Positions 15,351 to 27,890 of a DNA stretch of 64,000 nt are shown piece after piece (position 1 is the stretch's first letter; every line of letters starts with the position of its first letter). A program made the position numbers and the translations under genes. The notes beneath the pieces were generated by a model, which saw only the letters and a list, made by a program, of their open reading frames with translations, searched no databases and had not been told where the DNA came from. The DNA lies in the NCBI GenBank assembly GCA_020891255.1, contig BQFW01000006.1:2170001-2234000 (forward strand), read 5' to 3'. The stretch is from Entomortierella parvispora E1425 (lineage: Eukaryota; Fungi; Mortierellomycota).

Positions 15351-17482
15351 TTGTCTCCCAAATCGGGAAGAGTGGTGTGACAGGTCGTGTTTTGCCACCA
15401 ATCCACATCCCGCACTTTCGCCGCAGCCATGTTTTTTTTGCATGCACCAGCCCTCGTCCTCGCCCAACATCCTCTTTACTACCAACAGATACCTCTTTAG
15501 GATTCCTTTCGTCCACAAGCTCAAGAAATTTCTCCGGTAGTCAGTTTTGCTGCATCATCTTTGGTTCTTCGCCTTACCTGGCTACTGTTCGCCACTCAAA
15601 TGGCCTTCATTGTTGCCATGCCTGCTGCCTAACACGCAGAGTCCGGTCTGGCTGTTTCTACGGTCTTTATTTCATGATACACTTTCAGCGTTGTTCTCCG
15701 TTTATTCCTACCTCACCAGAAGCAGTCCATCCATCTTGATAGCTTTTACTGCGTACTCCACCTAGTGGATAGCAGCTACACGCGCCAGCAATTGCACCGA
15801 GTCATTGGTTGGTTTGATGGTCTGATGGTATTGAAATTCGCATGTGGAGACGAAAGACCCACATTTTCTCTCGACTGAAGAGGAGTATATTGTCGCCTGC
15901 TGCCACTACACGGGACACTATACCTTTTTTTCTTTCTTTTTTTTTTTCTTGGTCCCTGGCTATAGTCTTCATTCATCTATGGACGGGATCAATTGAAAGT
16001 GGGTTTATATTAAGAAACCAACCGAGCACAGGGCATTTGATTGTGGAAAGTGAAGGCATCGCTGCAGCAAGTAGGTTTGTCGTTGTATGATCAGGACAAA
16101 GTTCCCATCGACTCTCACAGTTCCACCCTCGAGACGGGAAGAACAGTTTTCACTGACGCGGTTGAAACAACTTTCAACTTCATCTGCACTGCATCGTCTT
16201 TGAAGCAGATCCGACAAGCCGAATTGTTTGTTGACGTGCTTTTTTTTTCCACCGAACAACAATTTGTTCCGAAAGAAGGACATTACGTGCAACATGAGTG
16301 GAGTTGCACACGCCTCGTACAAATACACCCACGGTCCCCTTTTTTTGCGGAAAAGCATGTGGGAATAGACTACGCAAGAGGCACCAACGGGTCCCCTGAT
16401 CAGTACAAGGAGATCGCGAACCCCATAGATGAGATCTTGTTTTCCACCTCTTGTTTATTTTCTGTTGGGGAAGAGGTAACGAGGATCTTCACCTCAAGGT
16501 AGAGCCAAGACGACTCGTCAGATTATTTGAGGGAGAAAGTTCGCTTAAGATAGAATGTGGACTACGTAATTGTGAATCGAAGGAGGTTGGCTGGCGGTGA
16601 GGGGTTCAAAAGAGCCCATCGATGATAAACTATCTGCTGGCGCCCAAAATGAAAACCAAGTTGACAGGAACGAATCGAAGAGCTAGAAGAGTGGAGAAAG
16701 CATTCAGAGAAAACTAATGAGTGTCTTAGGCGCCAGCGCGCCTATGGATGGATAGTTTCGTCTCCACACAATGGTGCCAGAACCCATGACCACAAGAACG
16801 CAAGAATGTAGGAGGACAAGATTGCAAGAAAGCAGCAAAAGAAGAATTGTTGCACCGCATCTCCTATGAGATTCAGGCCCACCCTCCCTTTGGCTTTCCC
16901 CAATTGATCTGTAGTTGACCTTGTCAAGGACATGTAACCCCTCTGCGTGGCGTGGCATGGCAGAGTACGTGTGGCATGTTGTGTCTCTGTGTTGCGTTGG
17001 TTTGCACATGCTCCTGATTTTTTTTTTTCGCCTTCTCCACTTCCCAATAACCATAAAAGGGCCAACATATTCAATTCCATTCAATCGGCTCGCTCCTTCC
17101 TCGCTGCATTTCGCCAGCCGAGAGTTTATTTCCTGCTGTCTGCCGTCTGCCGTCTGCAGTTGCCCGTTGCAAAAACTCCCCCTGTCCTTTCGCCCATCTC
17201 GTTGAGAGCAGCTGGGCGCAACAGCTCACAACTCACCTCGACCCTCTGTCCCCTTCCTCTCCTCTCGCTGGGTTGAGGACTTGAGGTGCAGACGACTCTT
17301 CCCCCTCTCTCTTCTTTTCTTTTCTCATCCTCACCCCACATTTATTATTTGTGCAGACCTTCGCTCCACACTCTGCTTCTCGCTCTTCTTTTCGTTCTCC
17401 CATTGCGCTCTCCATTATATCCAAGGACGGACAACACCAGGACAGACAATCTATCGCCCTTCATAATCAACAGGAATCAGCC

Positions 17483-20400
17483 ATGGCCACCCCTCCTGAC
17501 CATAACAACCTCAACATGAATAGTCCGACAAATCTTGGCAGCGGTGCCATGGATCTTACTCAAGAAAATCGCCAGAAACGACTCAAAGCCGGTACTGCCT
17601 GCACCAACTGTCGACGAAAGAAGCTGAGATGCACAGGCACACCCATGTGCCAACGCTGCACCACACATGGTCTCGATTGCGTCGTCGACGAGGCCTTGTT
17701 CCTGAAGACCAACAGCCCCCAGAGTCTTCAAGGAAAACCTGTTGCGCGCCCCTCGATCCACAGCAACCCCTCCTCTACATCAACACACCGCTCTTCAAAG
17801 AGCCATCACCACCATCACGGTCACAGCAGCAGCAGCCACAGTGGACAGGCCAACTACCACCATCACCAGCAGAACCGTCATAATCACAACAATAACAATG
17901 GACATCACGATCAAGGATCGGTGTCATCACCGTCTGTCTACTCGGACGACTGCATGGAGCCTGCAGACTTCGTGGACTCGCTGTCGGATCGAAGAATGTC
18001 TGCCAGCAGTGCTACAAGCCTGTCGAGTATGAGCCCCAGCCCTTCACCTGGATACTCTTACAACTACTTGGATCAAGGAAGCAGCAGTAACAGTCATCAC
18101 AGCAACCACAACAACAATGGCTCCTCTTCGTCTTCTTCCAAAGCACGGAAATCATCTCACCCCCGTCCTAGGAACGATGGGTCTGATTCCTACGGTCCCT
18201 CAGGTCCATCTTCCTCCTCGACATCATACCCAATGGGGTCGTCATCGAACCCACAGCAGTCGAGCAAGAAGAGATCGTCTAAGGATCAAGGCACGACAAA
18301 GCACAAACAAAAGAGACACAACTCTCGCGAGGACGACGACCCTCGCTCACCGTCCCCTCTTCCTGAAGAGTCCCACTACTCCAACAGCAACAGCAACAAC
18401 TCGACTGGAAGATCTACTTCAGCCTCGACCTCAACTGGCACGTCCACCGGAGGAGCAAACTCGTCCTCAGCCAAGGGCAAGGACAAGGAGGAAGACTACA
18501 AGTCTGTTGTGAGCACGATGAGTTTGGATGGTCATGGTCAACAGTGAGTCCTTCTTTCCTGCTTCATTGCTCTCATTAGCCTCTCCACCTGTGCACTCTC
18601 CACCGAGTGGTGGTGTGGTTATTCCCCTGCTGCAATATCATTCATCATTCAATCAACCTAAATTTCTAAACCTTGACCAAGATATTAACCACTCTCGATT
18701 TTTTATTTTTTCTTGCATGTAGTTTCCACGGAAGTAGCTCAGGCTTCTATGTTTGTCAACTCAGCTCGCGCTATCGTCAGGGTGTCTGTAAGTCTCTTTC
18801 CTGTGATTGCTCGATCACGCCTGACTGGCTCTTGTAAACGAGCTTGTTGGGGATACAATGAGCTCACAATGGACGTTATCTTTGTTCCTGTGGCATAGAC
18901 CCTCTCCCAATGGCCCATCTCAACGATAGCGATCTGTGGTCACATTCGCTGCAAATGACTAGTGAACGGGAACTTCCGACAAAGCCAGAGATGGACAATT
19001 TGCTGGGACTTTACTTTCGATACATGTACCCGTTTGCGCCCATGTTCATCCGCAGGACGTTTATGGAACACCACAATTCCTCCAGGCCCGACCTTTCGCA
19101 GATTCTTATCTTGAATGCCATCTTCTGCAACGCTTGCTGGTACTCGGATGATCCTGTGGTACGACAAGACTCGACAAAGTTCTTCAACAGGGCAAAGATT
19201 ATCTTGGACGAAACGTACCATGTCTCGCGAGTCAGCACTGTCCAGGCCTTGTTGCTCATGTCCCATCACCAGTACGCAGTCGGAAACTACTCCGGAGGAT
19301 GGCTTTACACCGGAATGGCTACCCGAATTGCCCACGTAAGCTGAGATTTAACTGTTGTCACTTTAGGCACTTCTCTACTTGATCATACTCACTCATTCCT
19401 TGCACGTCTTACAGGATATTGGTTTGCATCGCCAGGACGTGCACCAGGTGAATGATCCTGAGGAAGCCGAAGTCAGGAAGCGAGTTTGGTGGGCGGTATA
19501 CATTGCGGATCGTCTTGGAGGTGGTATTTTGGGCCGCCCCCTCAATTTGCGGGACAAGGAGTACAATGTGCAGATGCCCTCGGACGACTGGATTGCAGAG
19601 CTTGGTGGGGATGATGAAGTCCAGTACCCATATGAACCGGAGCGTATCATCTCCTGCCGACTGCTGTGGGCCGTGAAACTGTTCATGCAGATGGGCAATG
19701 TCCTCAACACGATGCACTGTATTGAGGCCGAAATCAACGGAGCCTTCCTAGCGGATATCTCAAGGACACAACTGCCTCAGCTCCACAACAGTCTGACTTC
19801 TTGGTTCCTGTCCCTTCCCAACGAGCTCATGTATACACCTTACACAATGTCTCCCAACTCTAACCACCCCCCGTCTCCGCCCACGGCGCTCATGCACATG
19901 TTCTACTATACATGCCTGACCATGTTGCATCGACCATACCTCCGACCCGTCAATTCTGCGGCGATCGATGCCAACTTCTTGGTCTCTTCTCGCAACATTT
20001 GTACAGCAGCGGCGACGAATGTCTGCCACATTGCAGATTCGCTGATGCTCCATGGACAGCTCCGGGATACTTGCTATTACGGTATGGCCTGTCTTCTCGC
20101 TGCAGGCACTGTGCATGTCCATAACGCCATCACGCCCACCCCCAGTAACCGAGAGACGACTCGGGCAGGACTGTCCAAGACGGTTAAGGCCGCGCACGAA
20201 TTGGTGAAGACCTTCCCTGTGGCCGAGTCCCTGGTTGCGGTGGCTTTAGACGTGTTCGCGAGCCAGACGAGTTCGGTTCCTACGGAAATGGCGGCGTCGT
20301 TCATTGATATTTCGACCTTTGTGGCCCCGTTTATTGATCTGACCCAGTTGCAATCGACCTCGATCGGAAACATTTACGAGGCCGCGCGGTTAGCCAAGTT

Positions 20401-20954
20401 GGCGAAGGATGGTCCCGGGCCAGCACCTTCGATTCAGTTGCGCCACCCTTATGGAAACTTCTCGATGCCACTTCCAGAGTCGACGAGTAAGGATGCTAAA
20501 TCAAGCAATCTGAGTTCAATGTGGCAGAGCCATATCTCGACGGCAGTGGCAATGGCCGCGATCGCTTTCGGAGGGTCGGACCCACAGCAGGAGCAACAGT
20601 TCTTTGCAAATCCCCTAGAGTTGCCAGAGGCCTTGAGGTTAGCGCCAATTGACTCGATGATGTTTGGAGGCCTTGATGGGGCCAATGGTGGGCTGGCTGG
20701 ATTTGGAACGGACCCCACGATGCAGTTTGGGACCCCAATGTCGAACGTAACAACCACTGCCACCACTTCGACTGCCACGGCCTCAGCAGTCCCTGTGACG
20801 AACAGCGGTGGGTTCCAGATGACCCAGAGCACAGATTCCCATCTGCTGCAATACCAGAACATGCAGCAGCAACAACCTCCTATGCAACCTCAACATACCT
20901 ACCAGCAGCAGCCACAGCAGCAGCAGCAACAGATGCAACAACAACAAGTTCAGC

Positions 20955-20994
<40 letters not shown>

Positions 20995-21655
20995 GATGCA
21001 GCAACAGCAACAGCAACAGCAACAAATTCAGCAACCACAGCAAGACTACCAGCCACAACAGCAGTTGCAGCAACAACAGCAACAACAGCAACAGCAAGGT
21101 CAACAATTGCCAGCGCAACCGCAGCTGAACCAGCAGCAGATCAACCAGGTGGCCGTTGGGATGATTCAAAACTCTCAGTTTGGGAGCACGCCTACCTCCA
21201 ACCCTTTCAGCACCTCACAGGCACTGAGCTTCATGCAAGCAGCATTGGCTTCGTCCCTACATGTCGCTGATAATAGCAAGACTACTTCCCAGCCTATGCA
21301 GTCCTCATCCCTTCAGACTCAGCAACAGCAGCAACAGCAGCAACAGCAGCCCTCTCAGCAGTCTGAGAGTGTCAAGATGGAAGACGACACCGCGGATCCT
21401 CCCTCTCCACCTGCCATCTCGTCTGATGACATGGATATGGAATCTGCATCTTTGACCAGTGATACCCCAAGTCCTGCCTCGATGAATGGTCCACGACAGG
21501 ATGTGCAAATTCAGGTTGATCAAAATAGCCACGGCGCCAACTCGGCAGCTGGGTTCATGTCTGGGATGATGCCCATGTCGATGACGGCGGAAGAGAAACA
21601 TGTAGTTCAAAAGGTTAACACACTTCTCTTCGGAAACCAGGGCATGGAATGTTGA
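17483..21655 (+). CDS. Zn(II)2Cys6 transcription factor with fungal-specific TF (middle homology) domain and polyQ tail
   Basis: ACTNCRRKKLRCTGTPMCQRCTTHGLDC, then LYFRYMYPFAPMF, VQALLLMS and IGLHR...EVRKRVWWAVYIADR. Three introns (about 18510-18723, 18787-18898, 19337-19414). Confidence 0.93.
20863..21140 (+). repeat. CAA/CAG trinucleotide repeat encoding polyglutamine
   Basis: Long interrupted (CAA)n/(CAG)n runs inside the Zn2Cys6 gene. Confidence 0.95.
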
Positions 21656-21810
21656 TGAATAAATCCAGTCTTACGGTCCATTTTCCTTTGAAAAAAAACG
21701 TTGAATTTGTTGATTCAAGCACAGATGACTGCCCCGAGGTGAAGATGATTCGCAATTGAGATGACATATCCAGTGCAAGAGTATAAGGTAGAAGTCAATG
21801 ACCAGTTTAT

Positions 21811-22695
21811 TTATGAGTCCTCTTGGGACTGAACGGAAGACACGCTCAAGAGCTGCGCCGAGTACTTAAGGTCGACCTGGGCCACCATCTCCTGGATCGC
21901 CTTCTCAGACAACATCAAGCCGCCCTTTTGACCTCCCGTCGTCCAAAGGACCAATTTCTTGTCTTTAAAGAACACGCTCACGCCCGCCAACCCTGGCCGG
22001 TTCTTGAAATGTTGTCGCAATCGGTTCGCGCAAGCCTCACAAGCCATACCCTCGACATGAATCTCGTACTTGATAAGTGCCTTTGGTTCGAAAGACACAT
22101 CAACGGGAGCCGACGACAATGGACCCAATTGGGCGCCAGAATCACCACCATCTCCACATTTAGGTTCAGCAGCACCTGGCTGTGCTTTGGTTACCCCACA
22201 GAACTCTAGAGTGTCTGCCATCTTGATGGTTGTCGCCTTATTGATACCGGCGAGTTGCTTCGTGACCGTGGACCAAATGTAGAACGGGCCAATGGAAAGA
22301 TTGTTATTCAGTTGGATCAAGGGGCTCAAGGACGACGATTGGTTGTAGACGGACACCATCTCGGGTGTCGCTGTGAGGAACAAAGTAATGGCAAGCGTAA
22401 GTACGGTCCTGGCCGAGAACCGATACTTGAAAAGAGTGTAGAGCATCAAGAGGCCAGAGATGGAGAGAAAGAGGGGACGGAATTGGGTCAGGACTGAGAA
22501 TCCAGCACAGCCGATCGAGAATAGGTTGAGGAAAAGTTGCACTACACAACAGGAAGACGAGAGGAGACCGAGGACCAATGCAGAGAGATAGGAAGATCTT
22601 GGAGAGGATGTTGGAGACGTGGAGTGCTTTTTTGCTAGGCGGATAGCCTTCTTCTCGGAAGGATCGACCCTTTTACGGTCTTTGAGGCTGGTCAT
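21811..22695 (-). CDS. MerT/MerF-like membrane metal transporter domain fused to a C-terminal HMA (MerP-like) domain, intronless
   Basis: Three hydrophobic segments: LVLGLLSSSCCVVQLFLN (vicinal CC in TM1), GCAGFSVLTQFRPLFLSIS and TVLTLAITLFL. C-terminal YEIHVEGMACEACANRL has the GMxCxxC motif. Likely start AAAAAATG at 22695. Confidence 0.8.
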   Translation of the reverse strand: MTSLKDRKRVDPSEKKAIRLAKKHSTSPTSSPRSSYLSALVLGLLSSSCCVVQLFLNLFSIGCAGFSVLTQFRPLFLSISGLLMLYTLFKYRFSARTVLTLAITLFLTATPEMVSVYNQSSSLSPLIQLNNNLSIGPFYIWSTVTKQLAGINKATTIKMADTLEFCGVTKAQPGAAEPKCGDGGDSGAQLGPLSSAPVDVSFEPKALIKYEIHVEGMACEACANRLRQHFKNRPGLAGVSVFFKDKKLVLWTTGGQKGGLMLSEKAIQEMVAQVDLKYSAQLLSVSSVQSQEDS

Positions 22696-22985
22696 TTTTT
22701 TGAGGCGGTGGTGTGGGACGAAGTACAAACGAGAAGAACTATTTATGGGAACGAGGATGAAGAGGAAAGAAGGTGGAGAAACGAGGGAATTCCAGAATGG
22801 AGACGTGGAAGAAGGGGGAAAGAGGACGCGAGGGATTTCAAGAATGGAAATGAAAGCGAAGGCGAAGAAGACAAGAAATGGGGGCGCATGCATGCATTCA
22901 TGCAGTCACATTCTTGAGTTTGCATGTTTCTTTTTTTTTTTGCATCTTTCCTTGTTTCATTGCATCAACGTATTCAGGAAAAACC

Positions 22986-24014
22986 ATGGCTTCGGCAACA
23001 TCCCTTAATGCCGCCACGACGCCTGTCAGTAGCACAACTAGCACCAACAGTCATAACCACAGCAACACGGCATCCGCATTCACGTCCCCTGGCTCGTCTT
23101 CCGCGCCTCGATCTGCAGGACCAAATGGACCCGCAACAACAGCAATAGGCGCCAGCGGCGAACCATCGGCAGGAACATCAAGTCCAATTGCAGAAGCCAA
23201 TGCTGCGGAATTAGCTGCTGCTGCTGCTACAGCAACCGAGGAAACGAGGCAAGATCTGGAATTAAAACTCAAGGAATTGATTGAATGCCTTCTCGAGCTG
23301 AGCATCACCGTCTACGACTTCCAACCCGAAAGCAACTCGCTCGTGCACCAGAAGATGTAAATGATGCTTTTTTAGGATTGCAAAGGGATAGCTCTGGCCT
23401 GGACCGACTTTGGACTATGAAAGTCAAAAAGGACATCCTCACTGACGAAAAACACTTTCTCTTGAAATTGCTGCTCCACTAGTCAAGAGCTCATTGCACA
23501 GATATCCGAGATTGACGGCTTCAAGGACAAGCTGGAGATGATGGTGCCGATGGAGGTTCTTGGGTAAAGACTGGGCTGTCTCCTGAGTTGAAATACTTCA
23601 CAATGGTTTTGGGATCTATGAGATATCCTAACATTGTCAACCTACACTTGCTCACCTCCTTCATAGATTCATTGAAGATGGACGGAACCCAGATCATTTT
23701 ACAAAGAGCTTTATTGAGAGTGTTGCAGGAGAGAACCAGTTCACCAACGGAAAGATCACGGCCATGAAGGTAAAACTAGGATCAGTCTCCCCTTTCTTTT
23801 CATAACACGTACGTTTCGAACGCGGTACTGACATAGGCTTCCGTCCAATACATAGACTTTCGAGGATGCTTTGACACAGAACTTGGGCAATATATTCCCA
23901 GAGGAACTAAGGGGTTATCAGAGTCTTGTACAGGAAGCAACAACGACATCATCAGGGGCGCTCACGGAAACAGCAGCTGCTATGGACACCAGCACAGTCT
24001 CTCCTCAATCCTAG
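22986..24014 (+). CDS. MED10: Mediator subunit Med10/Nut2 (4 exons)
   Basis: LKELIECLLELSITVYDFQPES...VPMEVL|FIEDGRNPDHFTKSFIE...NQFTNGK matches the Med10 signature P.EVL.YIDxGRNPD.YT. Confidence 0.92.
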
Positions 24015-24259
24015 AGATAACACGCCACTAGAACAATTGAAGGCGGACTATTTCCTAGAAAGAACAAAAACCAGCGTTGGCTCATCATCTCCTCACTCCA
24101 CTGTAAATGGGACTAATTGGAGGGCTAAGCGGTTGTACATTACAAGAAAACTCAATAAAAGCAGCAGGGCCTACGAGGATCGAAGGCAATGCAAAGCAAG
24201 TCTAATAATCAGTTGCTATTTATTTTTAAAAAGACATGGAATTGCAGCTGGATAGAGCT

Positions 24260-26221
24260 CTACCGACTGCGTCTTGCGCGTTTCTTCGGTCGAGGACTTT
24301 GGTATTGAGCGTCGAGGGCGCGCTTTATGACTGTTGACTCGGAAGAAGGATGCCTCCGCCCTCTATTCTGGAATGGCTCCATCATCAATGGATTTTCGCT
24401 CGCGGTTTGGATCCAGCCAATCAGATGGATCAAGGACTGGGCGATCCAGATCCAGCGCTCTACACCCAGGTATAAGATCCTACGTGGGATGGGAACCGAT
24501 GGCACAGAAGCATCTTCGGCATGTGTACTCGTGGTCTCGCCTTGATTCTGTCCCTCAAGCTCCATTTTACTCAGACGTGCTCTTGAGGACAGGAAGCGAT
24601 GGATCCTGGCCAAAATCCATTGACCATGTTCAATCCAGGCCTTTGCATCGTGAATCCTCTCAGACCCCCTCGGAGAGTATTGGTCTGTTGGAACCAAGAA
24701 GAGGAGCACAAGCTCTACGACCATGTACTCCCGCTTGAACTGGACACGAGATTGGAATTCTTGCGGGTTGGGCAAGGTGATCAGGTCCAGACAATAATGG
24801 ATCAGAGTAATGTACAGCCTGTGCGGAGGTAGGACAAGGCCCGAGGTCGGGGGATCTATCAAAGCATCGTCGCTGTACTCAGGAAGGTTGATCTCGTTGA
24901 AAGGGTGGTAACAGAGATCCTGGGCCGCGTTTAGTTGATAGTACTGGAGTAGCAAACTAGGGTCGCTAATTGGGCACGAGGATGCCAAAGCAAAAGATTG
25001 GAGGTATTCGAGAAAGCTGGTATTTGGCTCCCAGAGATACCGATCTGACAATTCGTGCTCTACCATCGCCAGATTTTCAGTGGCCTCAAGTCCAAAAGGA
25101 TCGCTCGGATCTTGAGCGGGGCTCATCACTGCTCGCGGTGTCTCAGTACTGTGAACGTAGTCTCGAGGAAGGAGGCCTATCGTGACCTTAAATAGATCCG
25201 CTAGATTCTCAAATGTGGAAATAAAACGGATCCTTCGACACAAGGGGCACGCGACATTGCCTGCGCGATTCAAACTCTGCTCGCATTTCCAACAGGTTCT
25301 GTGACCACAGTTAACATTGACCTTCATGATGGTCGTTGATCCACTCTGGAAGCAGATCGGACAATCTCCTTTTTCCACCAACGAGGTCGAGCCGGCGCCA
25401 TATAATGTTGTTAAGCTGTTCAAGAGGGAGAGATTACGACCGTGCTCGAGTGCCTTGGGCTCAACTGTATTCTTGAACCAGTCTTGAATGCTCTGGATCG
25501 AGGTGTTTTGCAAGAAATCAGACACACGACGGTACGCGTTGCTGCTGCTTCTGTTGTTGTGGTGGTCTGTAGCCAGAAACATGGATCGACTGCGACCGCG
25601 GAATGGAAGGCGTGGATGTATGATATGCTGTTGGAACGCAAATGAAAGGGGGCCGGAATTCGATGTCAATGGGTCGTCGGGAACGACCTCCATCTCGGGC
25701 GAGGGTTCATCTGACCTGACAAGTTCTGGCAGTGGTGGAAACAAAGGCGAAGAACAGCAGCTCGTCCACTCCATCATGTCATCGTCGGCCTCTGGATCAT
25801 CACTCTCAACTGAACGGTAACCCTCTTCCTGGCCTGGGATTGGAGATGCTGGGACCGAGGCCATCCACAATGAAGAATAGAGATTCCCAGATGAGTTGGC
25901 TGTGGGATCGTAGCACCTTGGTGTTTCGCCGTCTACGCGCACTTGAACGAGATCGTGGTGGCTGTGATCCGCCAAAGCTTGACCTTGGACGCCATGACCT
26001 CGGACTGGATTCTCGAAAGTGGGTTGCAAAGTGGTCGTCAAAAGCAGAGAGGATTTGGGCGACGAATCCATAAAGATTGAGGGCTGGTAGCCAAAGCTCG
26101 TGAACATGGGGGGTGAAGTAAACTTGTGCATGATACGTGAGCCTTTGAAAACAGGAAAGGGCACAAAAGAAAGAGGAGAAGATGAAGGTGAGGGAAGAGA
26201 AGAAAAGTAAATGAAGGACAA
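24260..26221 (-). CDS. RING-finger (C3HC4) protein, otherwise uncharacterised; true start probably about 26100-26130
   Basis: CPICF...NCGHRTCWKC...ACPLCRR. Intronless ORF of 653 codons with a basic C-terminus RPKKRARRSR. Confidence 0.75.
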   Translation of the reverse strand: MSFIYFSSLPSPSSSPLSFVPFPVFKGSRIMHKFTSPPMFTSFGYQPSIFMDSSPKSSLLLTTTLQPTFENPVRGHGVQGQALADHSHHDLVQVRVDGETPRCYDPTANSSGNLYSSLWMASVPASPIPGQEEGYRSVESDDPEADDDMMEWTSCCSSPLFPPLPELVRSDEPSPEMEVVPDDPLTSNSGPLSFAFQQHIIHPRLPFRGRSRSMFLATDHHNNRSSSNAYRRVSDFLQNTSIQSIQDWFKNTVEPKALEHGRNLSLLNSLTTLYGAGSTSLVEKGDCPICFQSGSTTIMKVNVNCGHRTCWKCEQSLNRAGNVACPLCRRIRFISTFENLADLFKVTIGLLPRDYVHSTETPRAVMSPAQDPSDPFGLEATENLAMVEHELSDRYLWEPNTSFLEYLQSFALASSCPISDPSLLLQYYQLNAAQDLCYHPFNEINLPEYSDDALIDPPTSGLVLPPHRLYITLIHYCLDLITLPNPQEFQSRVQFKREYMVVELVLLFLVPTDQYSPRGSERIHDAKAWIEHGQWILARIHRFLSSRARLSKMELEGQNQGETTSTHAEDASVPSVPIPRRILYLGVERWIWIAQSLIHLIGWIQTASENPLMMEPFQNRGRRHPSSESTVIKRALDAQYQSPRPKKRARRSR

Positions 26222-26806
26222 CAGAGGGACCTGGATGCAACACCGGAAGCTTTATGCCTGAAAGTTGATGCCAATTGACACCTCATCAAAGCCACCAAGG
26301 GACAATTGACACTTTCCCAAGTGAAATTTGGCTTTTTTTTTTTTTTTTTTTTTTTTTGGTCAATTGGACGCGACTCGACGCGACCACTCGTAATTGGCAC
26401 GTATCAGAGCGCTTGCCTTTGCAGGTTGACCAATCTCCTTCTCTAGGGGCTCAGACTTTCTTTGGATTTTCAGACTCTTGGACATGGGACTATAGAGGGG
26501 ACATGGACCAGAGCTTCGATTGAATCTTAAAATTGGATCAGGGCACCTATGTGCAAGAGTAGACCGCCAGCTCTACACGATTTGACACTGGGCTGGAGCT
26601 GTGGATAGAGCAGAAGAAATCAACACCAGGATCTTCCTTTTAGTCGTGCACTCTCCGATAAGATGTTGTTCTGCCAAACAGGAAATCCGGAAAATTATAT
26701 TGCTTTTGATGGTTTTATTAGCAAGACCAGCCTCGTTGAGTCCAAGGTTGGGGTAGATGTATTTAGAAGCGGAGAATAATGTACAAAAAGGTCGTCTTTT
26801 TTTCGC

Positions 26807-27488
26807 TTAAGCACCACCGCTAAGAAAAAGAAAAAAAAGAGTTCAGTCAGTCCTTTGACCAATAAAGGATAGGCGGCAGCCTCAATTGTGCGACAACTTA
26901 CACGAGGATGTTGTTAATGGGGATGTGGATCAGCTTGACAACAAAGCCAATGACGCCCATGACCAAGAAGCCCATAGAGACGGCCTGAGTGATCTGCATG
27001 AACTCTATAGTATGGAAAGCAATTGACGATTAATATGGGCAGGATAGTCGAACTAAGGCACTGAGATGACCGAGTCATATGTTCGCTAGAGTCATATAGC
27101 CATTAGTTTCTTGTCCGATCCGCCCTGTCCTCCAGGTGTGTCAACTCTTCCGTTCGCGTCATCTGATGTACTTCATAGGTCGCAGTGAATGAGAATAACG
27201 TCCATCCTAGGAGACCAGAGAGTTGACTTTCTCAAAGAAGTTCCTGTCTGCTTGACAACTCTAGTCGCTTGGTGATACTGTAGCATCTTCAATAGCAGCC
27301 TTCGGGCGGACCCTCTCTATATCTCTCTCTCAGTCCTGCAGCTTGCTCAAAGGGCAGGTGATCTCTTGACAACAGTGATGGTCTATACCTTTGCGATCGG
27401 GCTTTGTGCAGCGGTTGATGAATGCGACACCGTCCTTGATGAACTGCTTAGGGCCTTCGATGGCGGTCTGGGCGAATTCGTTGTCCAT
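26807..27488 (-). CDS. SSS1: Sec61 gamma subunit (3 exons)
   Basis: [21 protein letters not shown]|[35 protein letters not shown]|GGA*. Introns at 27005-27388 and about 26820-26901. Confidence 0.97.
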
Positions 27489-27890
27489 GGTGAGTATGAG
27501 GGGAGATGTGGAGAGGGAGTGAAGAGGAGAAGAGGAGGAGATGAAAAAGAAAAAGGATGGTGGGAGAGCCAAAGGAGTGGGAAAAGAAGGCACAAGAACG
27601 CAACGAACAAACGAGCGAGAGCACACACACATTTCGCGGGTCGACCAATCAGCGCGAGCCATATGCGTTCGCCCGAAGGGAGCGAGAAGCATCAGCACAG
27701 CACATACATTCCAAAAATCTTCTTCTCGTGACTACCACTGACAACAGCACCAAGCCACCACAAAGTGCCTCTCGCTGGCTGTGTCCCGCACACACGGATG
27801 CTGTGAATGCATGCATGCAGGGAACTTTTTTTTTTCTTTCATTCTTCTCTTCACCCCAATCCCCTTCGTCGCCCAGAGAATCATTTCGCC

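Larger units (their letters stand above)
13005..15370. repeat. Inverted segmental duplication, copy 1 (partner about 30400-32792)
   Basis: The reverse complement aligns to the 30.4-32.8 kb copy across the whole CDS, 5'UTR, TATA region and a promoter block. Similarity stops a few bases after the stop codon. Confidence 0.95.

Noticed and set aside
15776-16700. 153-aa plus ORF 16041-16502 and overlapping minus ORFs
   Set aside because: No domain, splice pattern or codon bias recognisable; cannot distinguish from intergenic DNA or an unidentifiable relic.
23358-23481. ATGATG...CTGA in a MED10 intron as a C/D snoRNA
   Set aside because: The C box is imperfect and abuts the donor site, the CTGA is the branch point, and there is no terminal stem or rRNA complement.
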